DNA of 64,000 bases from Octopus vulgaris (GCA_951406725.2 OX597816.1:15128001-15192000); one strand, 5' to 3'. Counted from the first letter of the stretch, positions 12,933 to 25,670 are shown. A program made the numbers and translations. The notes: generated by a model not told the origin, from the sequence alone.

Positions 12933-13078
12933 AAGTGTGTAATTGGTACTTATTTAGTCGATGAAAGGCAAAGTCGACCTCAGTCAAATTTGAACTCAGA
13001 ACATAGCAGCAGACAAAATACTGCAAAGCATTCTGCTTTGCATGCTAATGATTCTACCAGCTCATCACCTTTTGAATA

Positions 13079-13152
<74 letters not shown>

Positions 13153-13153
<1 letters not shown>

Positions 13154-15170
13154 GGTGCAAAGACCAATTGCTCATAAACAGAATGATTGTAGAGAATTGC
13201 CGGAGCAAAAACAAAAACCTGAGTATGGCATGGATAGACTACAAGAACGCGTTTGACAGTGTCCCACATAAATGGATACTCAAGGCCTTTGAGATATACA
13301 AGATCTCTCCTGTTGTTTCAAAATGCTTACAGAATAGCATGACCATGTGGAACATACGTCTCTTTCTAAGCCATAGTAATGGGATGAGCCAGTCCAACAG
13401 CATCAACATCAAACGAGGCATCTTTCAAGGTGACTCCCTCTCTCCATCATTTTTTGCATGGCACTGATCCCACTCTCAAACGAATTGGATAGTACCAGAT
13501 ATGGGTACAAAGATTTTAGTAAGTCAATAAACCACCTTTTCTATATGGACGACCTAAAGCTGTTTGCCAGGAATGACCAAGAGCTAGAAGGGCTGCTAAC
13601 AACTGTTAAAGAGTTTAGCAATGATATCGGAATGGATTTTGGCCTTGATAAGTGTGCTAAAGCAACTTTTGTAAGAGGCAAGCTCAGGCAAACAGCTTCT
13701 GTTAAATTAGATATTGACACTACCATCAAGGAACTTGACCCACAAGAAAGTTACAAATACCTAGAAATCAACGAAGGAGATGGTATACATCATGCTACTA
13801 TGAAGGGAAAAATAAGAAAGGAATACTATAGGAGAATAAGGCTTGTACTGAAGACTGAACTCAACTCCAAAAATTGCATTGAGGCCATTAACACCCTGGC
13901 ACTTCCAGTAGTCCAGTACAGTTTTAACATCATTAACTGGAACCTTATGGAACTCCAATGCTTGGAGAGGAAGACAAGAAAATTACTGACATCCAAGAAC
14001 ATGCACCACCCTAAGGCAGATGTAGACCGCCTGTACCTACCTAGAAGCAGCGGGGGGAGAGGAATGATGAAATTAGAGCTGTGCTATAAGACCTCCACTG
14101 TAGGAATGAACAGGTACCTATCTAGTACAAAGGACTGGATGCTGTGACTTGTGTGCGAACATGAAAGCACCAAAATGCTGCATTCTATTGTCAAGGAAGC
14201 TTATAAGTTCGAAAGAGAACTAGACATTAACCTTGAATGAGATGAAGAGCCGGAAACCACTGCTACCAAGCAAGCAAAGCGAATCAAGCAGACTGCAAAA
14301 AAGAACGGGCAAAATGCTGATGTAGACCAAGCAACAACCCATCAGTGGCTGAAGAGTTCAGGATTGAAAGCAGAGACTGAAGGCTTCATACTGGCAGCAC
14401 AAGATCAAAGCTTGTTTACCAGAAATTACCAGGCTAACGTTCTCCGAAACGGTACTGACCCTAAATGCAGATTCTGCGACACATTTGACAAAACAATAGA
14501 CCATCTCATTTCGGGATGTCCTGTGTGGACACCAAATGAATACAAAAATCGCCACAATAGGGTAGGACAGTATATACATTGGAAGATATGTAAACACTAC
14601 AAATCCAGCACTCCTGCTAACTGGTATGAACACCATCCTCAGCCAGTTGTTGAAGGTAAAAATGTCACCATCCTCTGGGATTTTCCAGTCAACACGGACA
14701 GAACGATCAAGCCTAATCGACCAGATATAATTGTTAAAGACAGGGAAGAAAATACCTGCAGACTAATAGAGGTAATATATATATCTGTAAAGGAATTTGA
14801 CAAACTTAGTAAATATAAGGACTTGGAAATCGAAATACAAAAGATGTGGAATCTTAAAACAAAAACTGTTCCTGTTATTGTAGGTGCCCTAGGTATGATA
14901 AAAAAGGGATGTCAGAAACACCTAGAGAATATCCCTGGAGAACCATGTCTCAAGGAAATCCAAAAGATTGTGCTAACAAGTACTACCCACATCCTTAGAA
15001 AGACCCTACCAATGTAAATGTTTGTGTTGTATTACATGGAGATATTTCTCTACTTCCCCTCCCCAAGCTTTCAGCTATATTTCAACAACTCTTAACCTTC
15101 ACTTGCCCTAGGGCGCTGGGTGTGCCCCGGCAAGTGATTGCATCAAACATGCAGATTAAAAGTAAATGAC

Positions 15171-15171
<1 letters not shown>
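13153..15171 (+). mobile_element. R4/Dong-clade non-LTR retrotransposon, 5'-truncated and disrupted (RT + CCHC + restriction-like endonuclease)
   Basis: RT motifs WIDYKNAFDSVPH, GIFQGDSLSP, HLFYMDDLKL; CRFC..TIDHLISGC zinc knuckle, RHN, NRPDII, KLSKYKDL; frameshift near 13455, stops at 14147 and ~14240; (AAT)n on both sides as known for Dong. Confidence 0.93.
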
Positions 15172-15223
<52 letters not shown>

Positions 15224-15260
15224 CAATAATAATAACAACAACAACAACAAAAACAACAAC

Positions 15261-15311
<51 letters not shown>

Positions 15312-15357
15312 AGTAATAATAATAATAGTCATAAGAATAATAATAATAATAATAATA

Positions 15358-15404
<47 letters not shown>

Positions 15405-15419
15405 AGTAATAATAATAAT

Positions 15420-15688
15420 CCCTGGCTTACCATCCCTGCAAGAAGAGCAAAAGATTGTCTTAACTGGTACATCACACGTATTGAGAAGAGCATTGTCGAT
15501 GTGAGAACTGTTGCTGCTCATCTATTTTAATTTAACTTTAAAAAAAATTTTTTTTAAATAAATAAAAATGAACGAACTATTGAGTTTGGTTTAATAGCCT
15601 ACCAATGTATACTATGAGTTTCTTTGCCCTAGGAGTCGGGAAGACACTCGGCAAGAAATGGAAGCAAATTTGAAAGAAGAAAAATAAA

Positions 15689-15690
<2 letters not shown>
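15420..15690 (+). mobile_element. R4/Dong 3'-end fragment (second subfamily)
   Basis: PGLPSLQEEQKIVLTGTSHVLRRALSM C-terminus plus 3' UTR hairpin; (AAT)n on both sides. Confidence 0.8.
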
Positions 15691-15722
<32 letters not shown>

Positions 15723-16021
15723 AGAAAACTTAGGCTTGCTAGCTTTAGTGGTTACAAGAGTTGGGTTTTCAAGTAGATAACAAAGTGGTCACTTAAGTAA
15801 GCAACGATACATGACCAAAGTAGCGGTCCTTAAGGCTTGATGGTCGATGATGAAGGAAGGCATAAGATAGGGATGCTGACAACCATACTGCACAATTAAT
15901 CTGTTATAATTTTCTCAACTGTTTCTTTATGCTTTAAATATTGGGGGCAAAAGTTGATAATGTTTCTATTTCAGCCTATTATTATTATTATTATTATCAT
16001 TATTATTATTATTATTATTAT

Positions 16022-16521
16022 TCTATGTTTGACTTTTGCTTTACATTTGCACAAACTGGCTCCAAGTCTCACCCAGAGACCTCAAGAGACAACAAGCTGG
16101 AAGTTCGTGTTGGTGTTATGCCTAGTGTGCCATATATTTGTTTTTGTACTTAGTGTTGTACTAGTGAATGCCTAAAAAACCATACGAAAATTATGTTTGT
16201 TTTAAAACTTGAGATTACATAGAAAGTATTTTGCGTAGGATATGAGCAGTTCCCATGAGCACTAACTTTTGAAATTTCTGCCATTTTTGGGTTTCCTGGT
16301 ATCTGAGTTAGGTAGCAATCAGCTCCTTTTGCTATCATTCCCAGGGCACCTATGACAACAGGTATTGTTTTAGTCTTCAGGTTCCACATTTTGCTGATTT
16401 CTATTTCCAGATCTTTATATTTGCTCAATTTCTGGTAGGTCTTGACAGATACGTTTATATCGATTGGGACAGTCATATCAATGAGGAGGCATGTTCTTTG
16501 TCTGAAGTCTTTTACTATGAT

Positions 16522-16522
<1 letters not shown>
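16022..16522 (-). mobile_element. R4/Dong 3'-end fragment (third subfamily)
   Basis: ORF 16150-16476 KLSKYKDLEIEISKMWNLKTKTIPVVIGALGMI; flanked by (TTA)n. Confidence 0.88.
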
Positions 16523-16554
<32 letters not shown>

Positions 16555-16556
<2 letters not shown>

Positions 16557-16768
16557 TCTTCCTTCTCTTTTCAAATTTTCTTCTGTTTCTCGCCGAGTGT
16601 TTTCTGTACACCTAGGGCAGAGAAGCCCATTGTATGCATTCCTAGATTACACACACACATTCATAGGTAAAATATGTATTTAAAAAATTAATGAATAAAT
16701 AAATTCATGAATGGATGTTGTTTTCACAGCGATAATGCTCTTCTCAGTACATGAGCCGTTCCAGTTAA
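16555..16768 (-). mobile_element. R4/Dong 3'-end fragment (fourth subfamily)
   Basis: Minus strand ..actggaacggctcatgtactgagaagagcattatcg (TGTAHVLRRALS) plus 3' UTR similar to 15620-15680; flanked by (TTA)n. Confidence 0.75.
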
Positions 16769-16921
16769 CTATTATTATTATTATCATTATTATTATTATT
16801 ATTATCATCATCATTATTATTATTACTATTACTATTATTATTATTATTATTATTATTATCATTATTATTATTATTATCATTATTATTATCATTATTATTA
16901 TTTATGATTTCTTTTCATTAT

Positions 16922-17265
16922 AACTTTATTTCAGCTGCCTTTGTACCGGGCATCCTCCAGAGACCAAGAGTAGCAAGGGCACTCTTGCTTTGCTATGCAT
17001 GTTAAAATTATCACATTTATTCCATTTTCGATGGAGAGTGCTTTCCATAGTATATGGGCTGTACCCATCAATGTTATCTCTTGTAGTTCACAGAGATTGG
17101 AGTTACCAGGGAGATGCTTAATATACTTCTCACCTCTCATCTTCATCATTCCCAATGGACTAATTACTACTGGTGTTATCGTAATACTAAGCTTCCACAT
17201 TTTTGTGATTTCAATTTGCAGGTCTTTAAGGTGAGAAAGCTATTCGTATTCCTTTCTTGAGATAT
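16922..17265 (-). mobile_element. R4/Dong 3'-end fragment (fifth subfamily)
   Basis: ORF 16931-17200 MWKL...PVVISPLGMM...LQEITLMGTAHILWKALS. Confidence 0.8.
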
Positions 17266-17269
17266 ATTG

Positions 17270-17608
17270 ATCTTCCTGCTCTTCCTCCCCTTCAACCCCC
17301 CTCAGACTTTTCCAGGAATTTCTTCCTCCCCATCATTGGAATTTTGCAGGCAGTCTTCCCTCCTTGAACTTTCCCAGGAAGTTCTTCATCCCCTCAACTG
17401 CCCTGTCCTTGGAATTTTACTGGAAGTCCCTCTCCTTGGAAATTTCCAGGAAAATCCCCTCTGCAGACTTTTCCAGGAAATCCTTCCTCCCCCTCAACTC
17501 CTCCTCCTTGGAACTTTCCAGGAAGTCCTTCCTCCCCTTACCCCCTCAACTACCACTCCTGGAACTTTTCCAGGAAATTCCCATCCTCCCTCCTCAGACT
17601 TTTCCAGT
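17270..17608. repeat. Degenerate minisatellite (ggaactttccaggaagtcc core); inverted relative of 57120-57520
   Basis: About ten diverged 30-40 bp units. Confidence 0.75.
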
Positions 17609-17739
17609 CCGGAATGCTAATGCTTCTGCCAGCTTGCCACCATAATAATCCTTTCCACTATAGGAACAAGGCCTGAAATTTTGGGAGTTGGGCTAACATT
17701 TCTGCCAGTTATACGCCTTAATACATAGGTATATTCTTT

Positions 17740-18755
17740 TCTTTTCTACTCTAGACACAAGGCCTGAAGTTTTGGGGGAGGGGGCCAGTCGATTAAATTG
17801 ACCCCAGTATACAACTGGTATGTAATTTATTGACCCTGAAAGGATGAAAAGTAAAGTCGACCTCAGTGGAATTTGAACTCAGAATGTAGAGACAAGCGAA
17901 ATATTATAACTTATGATATTCTTTTCTACTCCCCGAAATTTTTGGGGAGGAGGCCAGTCTATTAGATCGACCCCAGTACACAACTGGTACTTAATTTATT
18001 GACACTGAAAGGATGAAAAGCAAAGTCGACCTCAGCAGAATTTGAACTCAGAACGTAGAGACAGGTGAAATATTATAACTTATGATATTCTTTTCTACTC
18101 CTTGAAATTTTTGGGGAGGGGACCAGTCGATTAGATCGATCCCAGTACACAACTGGTACTTAATTTATCGACCCTGAAACGATGAAAAGCAAAGTCGACC
18201 TCAGCAGAATTTGAACTCAGAACGTAGAGACAGGTGAAATAATATAACCTATGATATTCTTTTCTACTCCCACTAATTTTTGGAGAGGGGGCCAGTCAAT
18301 TAGATCGACCCCTGTACACAACTGGTACTTAATTTATCGACCCTGAAAGGATGAAAAGCAAAGTCGACCTCAGCGGAATTTGAACTCAGAACATAGAGAC
18401 AGGTGAAATATTATAACTTATGATATTCTTTTCTACTTCCAGAAATTTTTGGGGAAGGGGTCCAGTCGATTAGATTGACCCCAGTACACAACTGGTACTT
18501 AATTTCGTCTGCCGTTATGTTGTGAGTTCAAATTCCGCCGAGGTCGACTTTGCCTTTCATTCTTTCGGGGTCGATTAAATAAGTACCAGTTACGCACTGG
18601 GGTCGATATAATCGACTTGATACCTATGTCTGTCCTGGTTTGTCCCCTCTATGTTTAGCCCCTTGTGGGTAATAAAGAAATAGGTACTTAATTTATTGAC
18701 CCTGAAAGGATGAAAGGCAAAGTCGACCGCAGTGGGATTTGAACTCAGAACGTAA
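17740..18755 (-). repeat. Tandem array of 169-bp family B SINE units with one inverted unit inserted at ~18504-18684
   Basis: gatattcttttctact at 17915, 18084, 18253, 18422 (period 169). Confidence 0.85.
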
Positions 18756-18984
18756 ATATTGAACATCTTACAGCTGGAAATCCCGTGAACTCATGTATTT
18801 TCTAAACAGATCAGAATTTATTTGTGTTTGCTTATTTGCTTTAATATTTACGTCATTCAAACTAAATAGATTCACAAATTGTGTTTCTCTACGCAGCAGC
18901 TTGTGAAGGGGGGGGGGGGAATGGGTGTATGTGAAATGAAATGAATTTGAAATATTTCATGGGTAACTACTCTTCTTTAAGATA

Positions 18985-19131
18985 TTGTAGTTGTAGTAAT
19001 AGTAGTAGTAGTAGCAGCAGCAGCAGTAATTTTGGAATTAGTAGTAGTGGTGGTAATGGTGGTGGTGGTATTGGTAGTAGTAGTAGTAGTAGTAGTAGTA
19101 GTCGTTGTAGTAGCAGAAGCAGCAGTTCTGA

Positions 19132-19179
<48 letters not shown>

Positions 19180-19281
19180 CAGCAGCAATTTTGGAATTAG
19201 TAGTAGTGGTGGTAATGGTGGTGGTGGTATTGGTAGTAGTAGTAGTAGTAGTCGTTTTAGTAGCAGAAGCAGCAGTTCTGA

Positions 19282-19314
<33 letters not shown>

Positions 19315-19676
19315 CAGCAGCAGCAACAACTTTGGAAGTAGTAGTAGTGGTGGTAATGGTGGTGGTGGTATTGATAGTAGTAGTAGCTGTTGTAGTAGCA
19401 GAAGCAGCAGTTCTGATAGTAACAGTAGCAGTAGTAGTAGTAGTAGTAGTAGTAATAGTAGTAGTAGTATTGGTGGTAGTGGTATTGGTAGTAGTAGTAG
19501 TAGTAGCCGTTTTAGTAGCAGCAGCAGTAGTAGTAGCAGTAGTAGTAGTAATAGTAGTAGTAGTAGTAGCAGTATTGATAGTGGTGGTGGTAGTAGTAGT
19601 ATTGGTAGTAGTAGTAGTAGTAGTAGTCATTGTAGTTGTAGAAGTAGAAGTAGTATAGGTAGCAGCAGTAGTAGTC

Positions 19677-19725
<49 letters not shown>

Positions 19726-19804
19726 CAGCAGCAGTATTGAGGCGGTGGTAGTAGTAGTTGTAGTAGTAGTAGTAGTAGTATTGGTAGCAGCAGTAGTAGT
19801 CGTT

Positions 19805-19846
<42 letters not shown>
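18985..19846. repeat. (AGT)n compound microsatellite with higher-order duplication
   Basis: Marker tttggaa(t/g)tagtagtagtggtggtaatggt recurs at ~19030, 19189, 19331. Confidence 0.9.
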
Positions 19847-20292
19847 TGCAGCACGGTATAGTAATTCTCTTCAAGAAGAAATGTTGTTTATGCATCAGTT
19901 GATGTGACTGATTGAAATCTTTGAGACTTATGGGAGCATGACTCTGACTAACCTTCAGCTGTCACTCGAGATTGAGTGAAACTCGACTGATAAAGCATGT
20001 ACAATGATTCAGTCACTTGCTTCAAGCACTGGTGTAGTCATGAGTAGACAAGTGTTCCCTCTCCTCTGCTATCCTTGATTACTGAAGGATATGAATGGTT
20101 TGAAGGAGAGAGGACGGCCCCAGCATTGTGCCTTTTCTGTTTTTATTTATTTGATCAACTCCAAATGATTGAAAGGTCAGCTTGGCATTTGCAGGATTTG
20201 AACTCAAATTGCTGTGAGCTACAATAATTATCACGCTGGAATTTATATGATGCTCCAATGACTCAGTCAATCGATAGTTGAGGAATTCTGAT

Positions 20293-20580
20293 GCATCATC
20301 ATCATCATCATCATCATCGTTTAATGTCTGTTTTCCATCTAGCATGGGTTGGACAGTTCGACAGGGGTCTGGGAATCCAGAAGGCTGCACCAGGCTCTAG
20401 TCTGATCTGGCAGTGTTTCTACAGCTGGATGCCTTTCCTAATGCCAACCACTCCGTGAGTGTAGTGGCTACTTTTTACATGCCACCGTCACAGAAGGCAG
20501 TCAAGGCGGCGCTGGCATCGGCCACGATCGGTTGGTGCTTTTTACGTGCCACTGGCACAGGGATCACAACTACAATTTCC
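20293..20580 (-). mobile_element. Family C non-autonomous retroelement (RTE-related, (GAT)n tail)
   Basis: Minus strand ttggcattaggaaaggcatccagctgtagaaac...aacccatgctagatggaaa...ttaaacgatgatgat; about 12 copies in window. Confidence 0.75.
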
Positions 20581-20764
20581 ATTTGATTTTTTGATGTTGA
20601 TGTACTTGACTCAATAGGTCTCCTCAAGCACAGTGTGATTGAAGATCTTATTTATATGAATCAGAATTTTATTTTACTTTCCATAGAAATATTGTTTAGT
20701 TGAAATAAACTTTCATTTAATATCTAAACCCCGCCCCACCAAACTACACCAATATTCTTCTTTT

Positions 20765-21068
20765 AGCCCTTTTCAAGCCTAGCCAGGCTCATGGGCCCAG
20801 TTTCCTGGTTTCTATGGCATATATGTTCCCCCGAGCTGGACGGGATGCCAGTCCATTGCAGCGTTACTCAAGAAACAAGAAGAAAGAGTGAGAGAAAGTT
20901 GTGGTGAAAGACTACAACAGGGGTCACCACCACCCCCTGTCAGAGCCTTGTGGAGCTTTTAGGTGTTTTCGCTCAATAAACACACACAACACCCAGTCTG
21001 GGAATCGAAACTTCAATCCTCCGACCACAAGTCTGCTGCCCTAACCACTGGGCCATTGCATCTCCACC
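20765..21068 (-). mobile_element. tRNA-derived SINE family D
   Basis: Head tggagatgcaatggcccagtggttagggcagc...gtttcgattccc (A and B boxes); second copy at 49615-49911. Confidence 0.75.
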
Positions 21069-21641
21069 ACCAATTTTATTACAAAATGTAATTTTTAACT
21101 GAAGCATTTTCATCACCATCTTCATTACCATCATTTAATGTCCACTTCAGTCACAATTTGTTGAAGCAGATTTTCTTCAGTCATATACCTTTGTTCTTGC
21201 CAACCCTCCCCTGTTTCCAAGCAAAATAATATTTCCCTCATAACTAGGCATGTTTTCCATGAAAGACTGGAAACAAATGACATCATTTGTATGATGGTGA
21301 TATTCAGTTACAATCATCATGTGATGTCAAAGCAGATAAAGCAGATGTGGGGCTCGCTTCTGACCTTCAAGTCCTTGGCATTCGTCCGACCGGGAATGAC
21401 TTCAACATGCTGCAGAATTGGCTGCCAACAGATGTGTGTAGACTGCTATGACCTGTGATGTGGTGAACTCAATAAGAGCCAGCTTAATCTCTCCGGGTGG
21501 ATGCAGTTACATGTAGGAGAAGAGTGAAGACAAAAGTACACCTAAACAGATATACACGCACACATATATATACACACACACACACATTTCGTTTTTATAT
21601 TTGGTTTGCAAGATTCTTTATATGAGTCTGTGTGTTGAAGC

Positions 21642-21997
21642 ATATTCTGTTGTGTCTGGGGAGAGTCATTTTCTTTTCGTGCCTTATAATGTAACACACT
21701 CACCGGTAAAATTTCCACTTTTTTCTTATTTTTAATTTCCTAAAATTTTCGTTGCGTCTTGCAACCTTTTCAATAGTCTTGTCTCTTTTCAATAGTCTTC
21801 ACTCCGTTATTTACCTGTCCGTAAATAACGGACAGAGTCAAGACTATTGAAAAGAGACAAGACTATAGAAAAGGTTGCATGACGCAATGAATATTTTAAG
21901 AAAATAAAAATAAGAAATAAGTGGACATTTTACTGGTGAATGTGTTACATTATAAGGCGCAAAAAGAAAATGACTCTCCCCAGACACAACAGAATAT
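21642..21997. repeat. ~355-bp imperfect palindrome (fold-back), Penelope-like terminal inversion with hammerhead-like motif
   Basis: Arms ~170 bp (atattctgttgtgtctggggagagtcattttc...gaaaatgactctccccagacacaacagaatat), centre tccgttatttac-ctgtcc-gtaaataacgga. Confidence 0.85.
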
Positions 21998-22257
21998 ATA
22001 TATTCTTTTACTTGTTTCAATCATTTGACTGCAGCCATGCTGGAGCACGTACTTTAGTCGAACAAATCAACTCCTGGACCTATTCTTTGTAAGTCTAGTA
22101 CTTATTCTATCGACCCCTTTGCTGAACCGCTAAGTTACGGGGACATAAACACACCAGCGTCGGTTATTAAGCGATGGTGGAGAGACAAACACACACACAC
22201 ATCAGTCTTCTTTCAGTTATCGTTCACCAAGTCCACACACACACATGATCTTGGACC

Positions 22258-22409
22258 AAACAACAAATATCTTACAGACTATAGAATTTTCTCAATAAAG
22301 CCAAGAGGAAAAGATGTTTTATAAACACATTCTACCAGTATACGAAGTTTAAAATTTTTTAGTTACATAGAAATTATATTAAAAGCTGCTGTTCAAACCG
22401 AAAAGATCC
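22258..22409 (-). mobile_element. Partial copy of the GG-terminated MITE at 25256
   Basis: Ends gttcaaaccgaaaagatcc and matches 25256-25410 inverted. Confidence 0.75.
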
Positions 22410-23586
22410 AAACATTACAGCTAGTGCACCAATTTGTTGATTTTCTCTTTAATGTTTATAATTTTCCTGACGTGACTGTATGTGTGTGCGTGCGCGTGTG
22501 CGTCACATCGGGACAAAATTATAAAGGTGAAACAGAAAATTGATAAATCAATGCTTTGCGACCGAGCTTCACTTGCAGCGTTTGTTCTACATTGAATTAA
22601 GATACTCTCTTGTCACTGACAACTGCAGCAAAGCAGTGAACCTGCCGTTATTCTAGTGAAAGCATGTTTCTAACGATGCTACATTTCTCCAATTGCGATA
22701 TATAAAAAAAAACAAAAAAACGGGGGGCTTGCTTTGTAAGGGAGGTAACTCTAAATGACTTCCATTGCTTAGTTTTCTTTTCCAACTGCAATTATTTCCC
22801 TTAGAATACTTCAAATGTTTTAACACAGTTTTTATATGAATGTGATTTAATATTTTGTTGTGCTTTAAGGCGGTGAACTAGCAGAATCGTTAGCACGCCG
22901 ATCAAAATGTTCAGCGGCATTTCATCCGTCTTTATGCTCTGAATTCAAATTCCGCCGAGGTCGACTTTGCTTTTAATCCCTTTAAGGTCGATAAAATAAG
23001 TACCAGTTGAACATTGACTTAGCCGGTCCCCTAAACCTGTTGGCTACGTACCAAAATGTGAAACCAATATTTTACTCTTTTACTTGTTTCAGTCATTTGA
23101 CTGTGGCCATGCTGGAGCATCGCCGTTAGTCGAGCAAATCGACCCCAGGACTTATTTTTTGTAAGCTTACAACATATTCTTTCGTTCTCTTTTGCCGAAC
23201 TGCTAAGTTACGGGGACAAAAACACACCAGCAGCATTGGTTGTCAAGCGATGTTGGGGGGGACAAACAAACAAACAAACAAAAAAACATACATACATACA
23301 TACGTACATACATACATACACACCCTTTTGTTGATGTTGAAATTCCAATGTAGGAGCCTTGGATCTAGGTTAGAAACTGGCTCTTTCTGTATTGGCAAGA
23401 TATCTTGAAATAAAACTGAAAATGGCATAGATACATACATACATACATAAATACATACATACATACATACATACATACATACATACATACATACATACAT
23501 ACATACATACACAGATACATACAAACAAGCATACATACATACATACATACATACATACATACATACATACATACATACATACATAC

Positions 23587-24972
23587 ATGATGGTCGTCCA
23601 CTCGTGACCGAGGAAGACTAATGCTGACTTTCAGGAACATTGTGCGCTCTAGGACTAACTTATATTTTGCATTTGCGGCTCCGTTGGTGACTAATGATCC
23701 CTGCTCTTGACAAGCATACACGACTGCAAACATTGAAGACCAAGCTTTCCACATTCACTACACTAGGAGTGCGCTTTCGAGCAGCACGCTTAAATTCTTC
23801 ATGCAGAATACGTGCTCTTTCAAAAGTGTCCACTTCCTACTTAACCTGCTTCGTCTATCTGTGGCGATGACAGGCACGGCTCTCCCACTCAGTCTCCTGC
23901 ATATCACAGGCCTTTAACGAGGACTTGACACAGTCCTTAAATTGCAGCCTTAGTTTCTGCCGAGGTCTCTTTCCATTGACAAGTTCCCCATATACCATCT
24001 GTTTAGGGATCCTGCTATCCTTCATTCTAATAAGGTGTCCAGTTCAACGTAACCGGTGCTTGTGCACCATCGCCCCAATACTCAAGATATCAGCTGTCCT
24101 CAGCTTCCTGTGTGTTTGGAGTTTTTAAGGTCCAGCAAACATGCAGAATGTGTCTCAGACATCTCTGATGAAAGCGTTCAAGGACCCTTACATGGCGTTT
24201 GTAAAGGGTCCGTGTCTCACATGAGTAGAGAAGCGATGTCAGTACACATGCATGGTACACAGCAATTTTTGTTTGCCTTGTGATGCCATGCTGGGATCAA
24301 ATATGAGACTCAATAGACCGGAAGAAATCAGTTGCTCCCTGCAGCCTGAAAGATATTTCATCATCCAGGGAGCAAGAACGGATGAGTTTGCTGCCCAGAT
24401 AGACAAATACCACTTTCAGTATTGTTCCTTCAACCAATATAGCTGGTTCCAAATATGGATTTCGTGGTGCAGGCTGGAACATTACAACAGTCTTGTCCAG
24501 GCTAATGCTGAGTCCAAATGCCTTGAAAGAAGCAGAAATATGATTCATAAGTCTTTGCACGTCATCCACTGCATGAGTGACTAAGTCACAGTCACCTGCA
24601 TAAAGTAGGTCACAAATAAGAGACTGGAAAATTTTTGAATTGGCAGCAAATCGGCGCAGATTAAAGAGGTGGCCAGAAGATCGATACCTGACATATATTC
24701 CCAGAGAGCTAACCTTAGGCAAAAGTATGAGTAAAAGCAGCAGCAAAGTACAAAGAAAAGAGAGTTGGGGCAAAGATGTCACCCTGCTTGACACCATTTT
24801 TTTACAGGAATGGGTCTCGCCAACAGTGACCCAAGCCTCCATCCCATCATGAAATGATCTTATTATAGATACAAAGTGATCCAGGCATCCAAGTATTTTC
24901 CATAGCAAGGCCCTATTCACAGTATCAAAGGCCTTGGTTAAATTAATGAATACCTGGACAAGATTTTCTTTT
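23587..24972 (-). mobile_element. RTE-clade LINE, 5'-truncated and degenerate, with (TATG)n tail at 23430-23587
   Basis: VFINLTKAFDTVNR, SFHDGM, DLLYAGDCDL (YADD equivalent), FGLSISLDKT, FVYLGS; same family as 2298-2895. Confidence 0.92.
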
Positions 24973-25014
24973 ATATACATACATAAAAAATATCGCGCAT
25001 GTTTTGCTTAGATA

Positions 25015-25250
25015 AGGAGCAATCTCGTGGCCTAATAGGTTGGCTGTTAAACTTACTATCGCAAGATCGTAGTTTCAATTCCCAGACGGGGCAGTGCGTT
25101 GTGTTCTTGAGCAAAACACTTCACTCCACGTTGTTCCCGTCCACTCAGCTGGCAAAAACGAACAACCCTGTAACGGACTGGGAAACGCTGTGGTCTCGGT
25201 CATTTATACACCTCAGGAAACCTGGCCTTGTAATTCCTCGGAGTCGAGAC
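25015..25250 (+). mobile_element. CORE-type tRNA SINE (family E)
   Basis: tRNA-like head then ttcttgagcaaaacacttcactccacgttg...ccactcagctgg..aaa, resembling the CORE domain. Confidence 0.6.
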
Positions 25251-25255
25251 AATTG

Positions 25256-25670
25256 GGATCTTTTCGGTTTGAACGGCAGTTTTTAAAAATAATTTCCACG
25301 TAACTAAACACTTTTAAACTTCGTATACTGGTAGAATGTGTTTATTAAACATCTTTTTTTTTCTTGGCTTTATTGAGAAAATTTTATAGTTTGTAAGATA
25401 TTTGTTGTTTTTTTTCTTCAATTTCTGCAATTTCAACCAATCAATGACGTCTAGTGAGTTAAAAAGCATTCTGTGCCGTATGAATATATCCCTCGTTTAA
25501 GAAACAGATTGGGTTTATTTACATTTGTGAAGAAAAAAGAAGATACCCTTACCCCACCCCTAACCCTAAAACAGAATGAAATGCAATAGATCGATACTAG
25601 GGTCATAATTATGGGTGGCAATTTCATATGACACCGCTAGAAAAAACTGTCGTTCAAACCGAAAAGATCC
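25256..25670. mobile_element. 415-bp MITE with GG termini and perfect 8-bp TSD (Merlin- or MULE-like)
   Basis: ~28-bp TIRs ggatcttttcggtttgaacggcagtttt / aaaactgtcgttcaaaccgaaaagatcc; TSD gacaattg at 25248-25255 and 25671-25678. Confidence 0.9.

Noticed and set aside
18941-19861. 306-aa Ser-rich ORF and other long low-complexity ORFs (6600, 8700, 41394, 45720, 51848)
   Set aside because: All are translations of microsatellites, without splice or codon evidence
23340-23390. agcct/aggtt stem followed by gaaac
   Set aside because: No recognisable CUGANGA-type core or stem I
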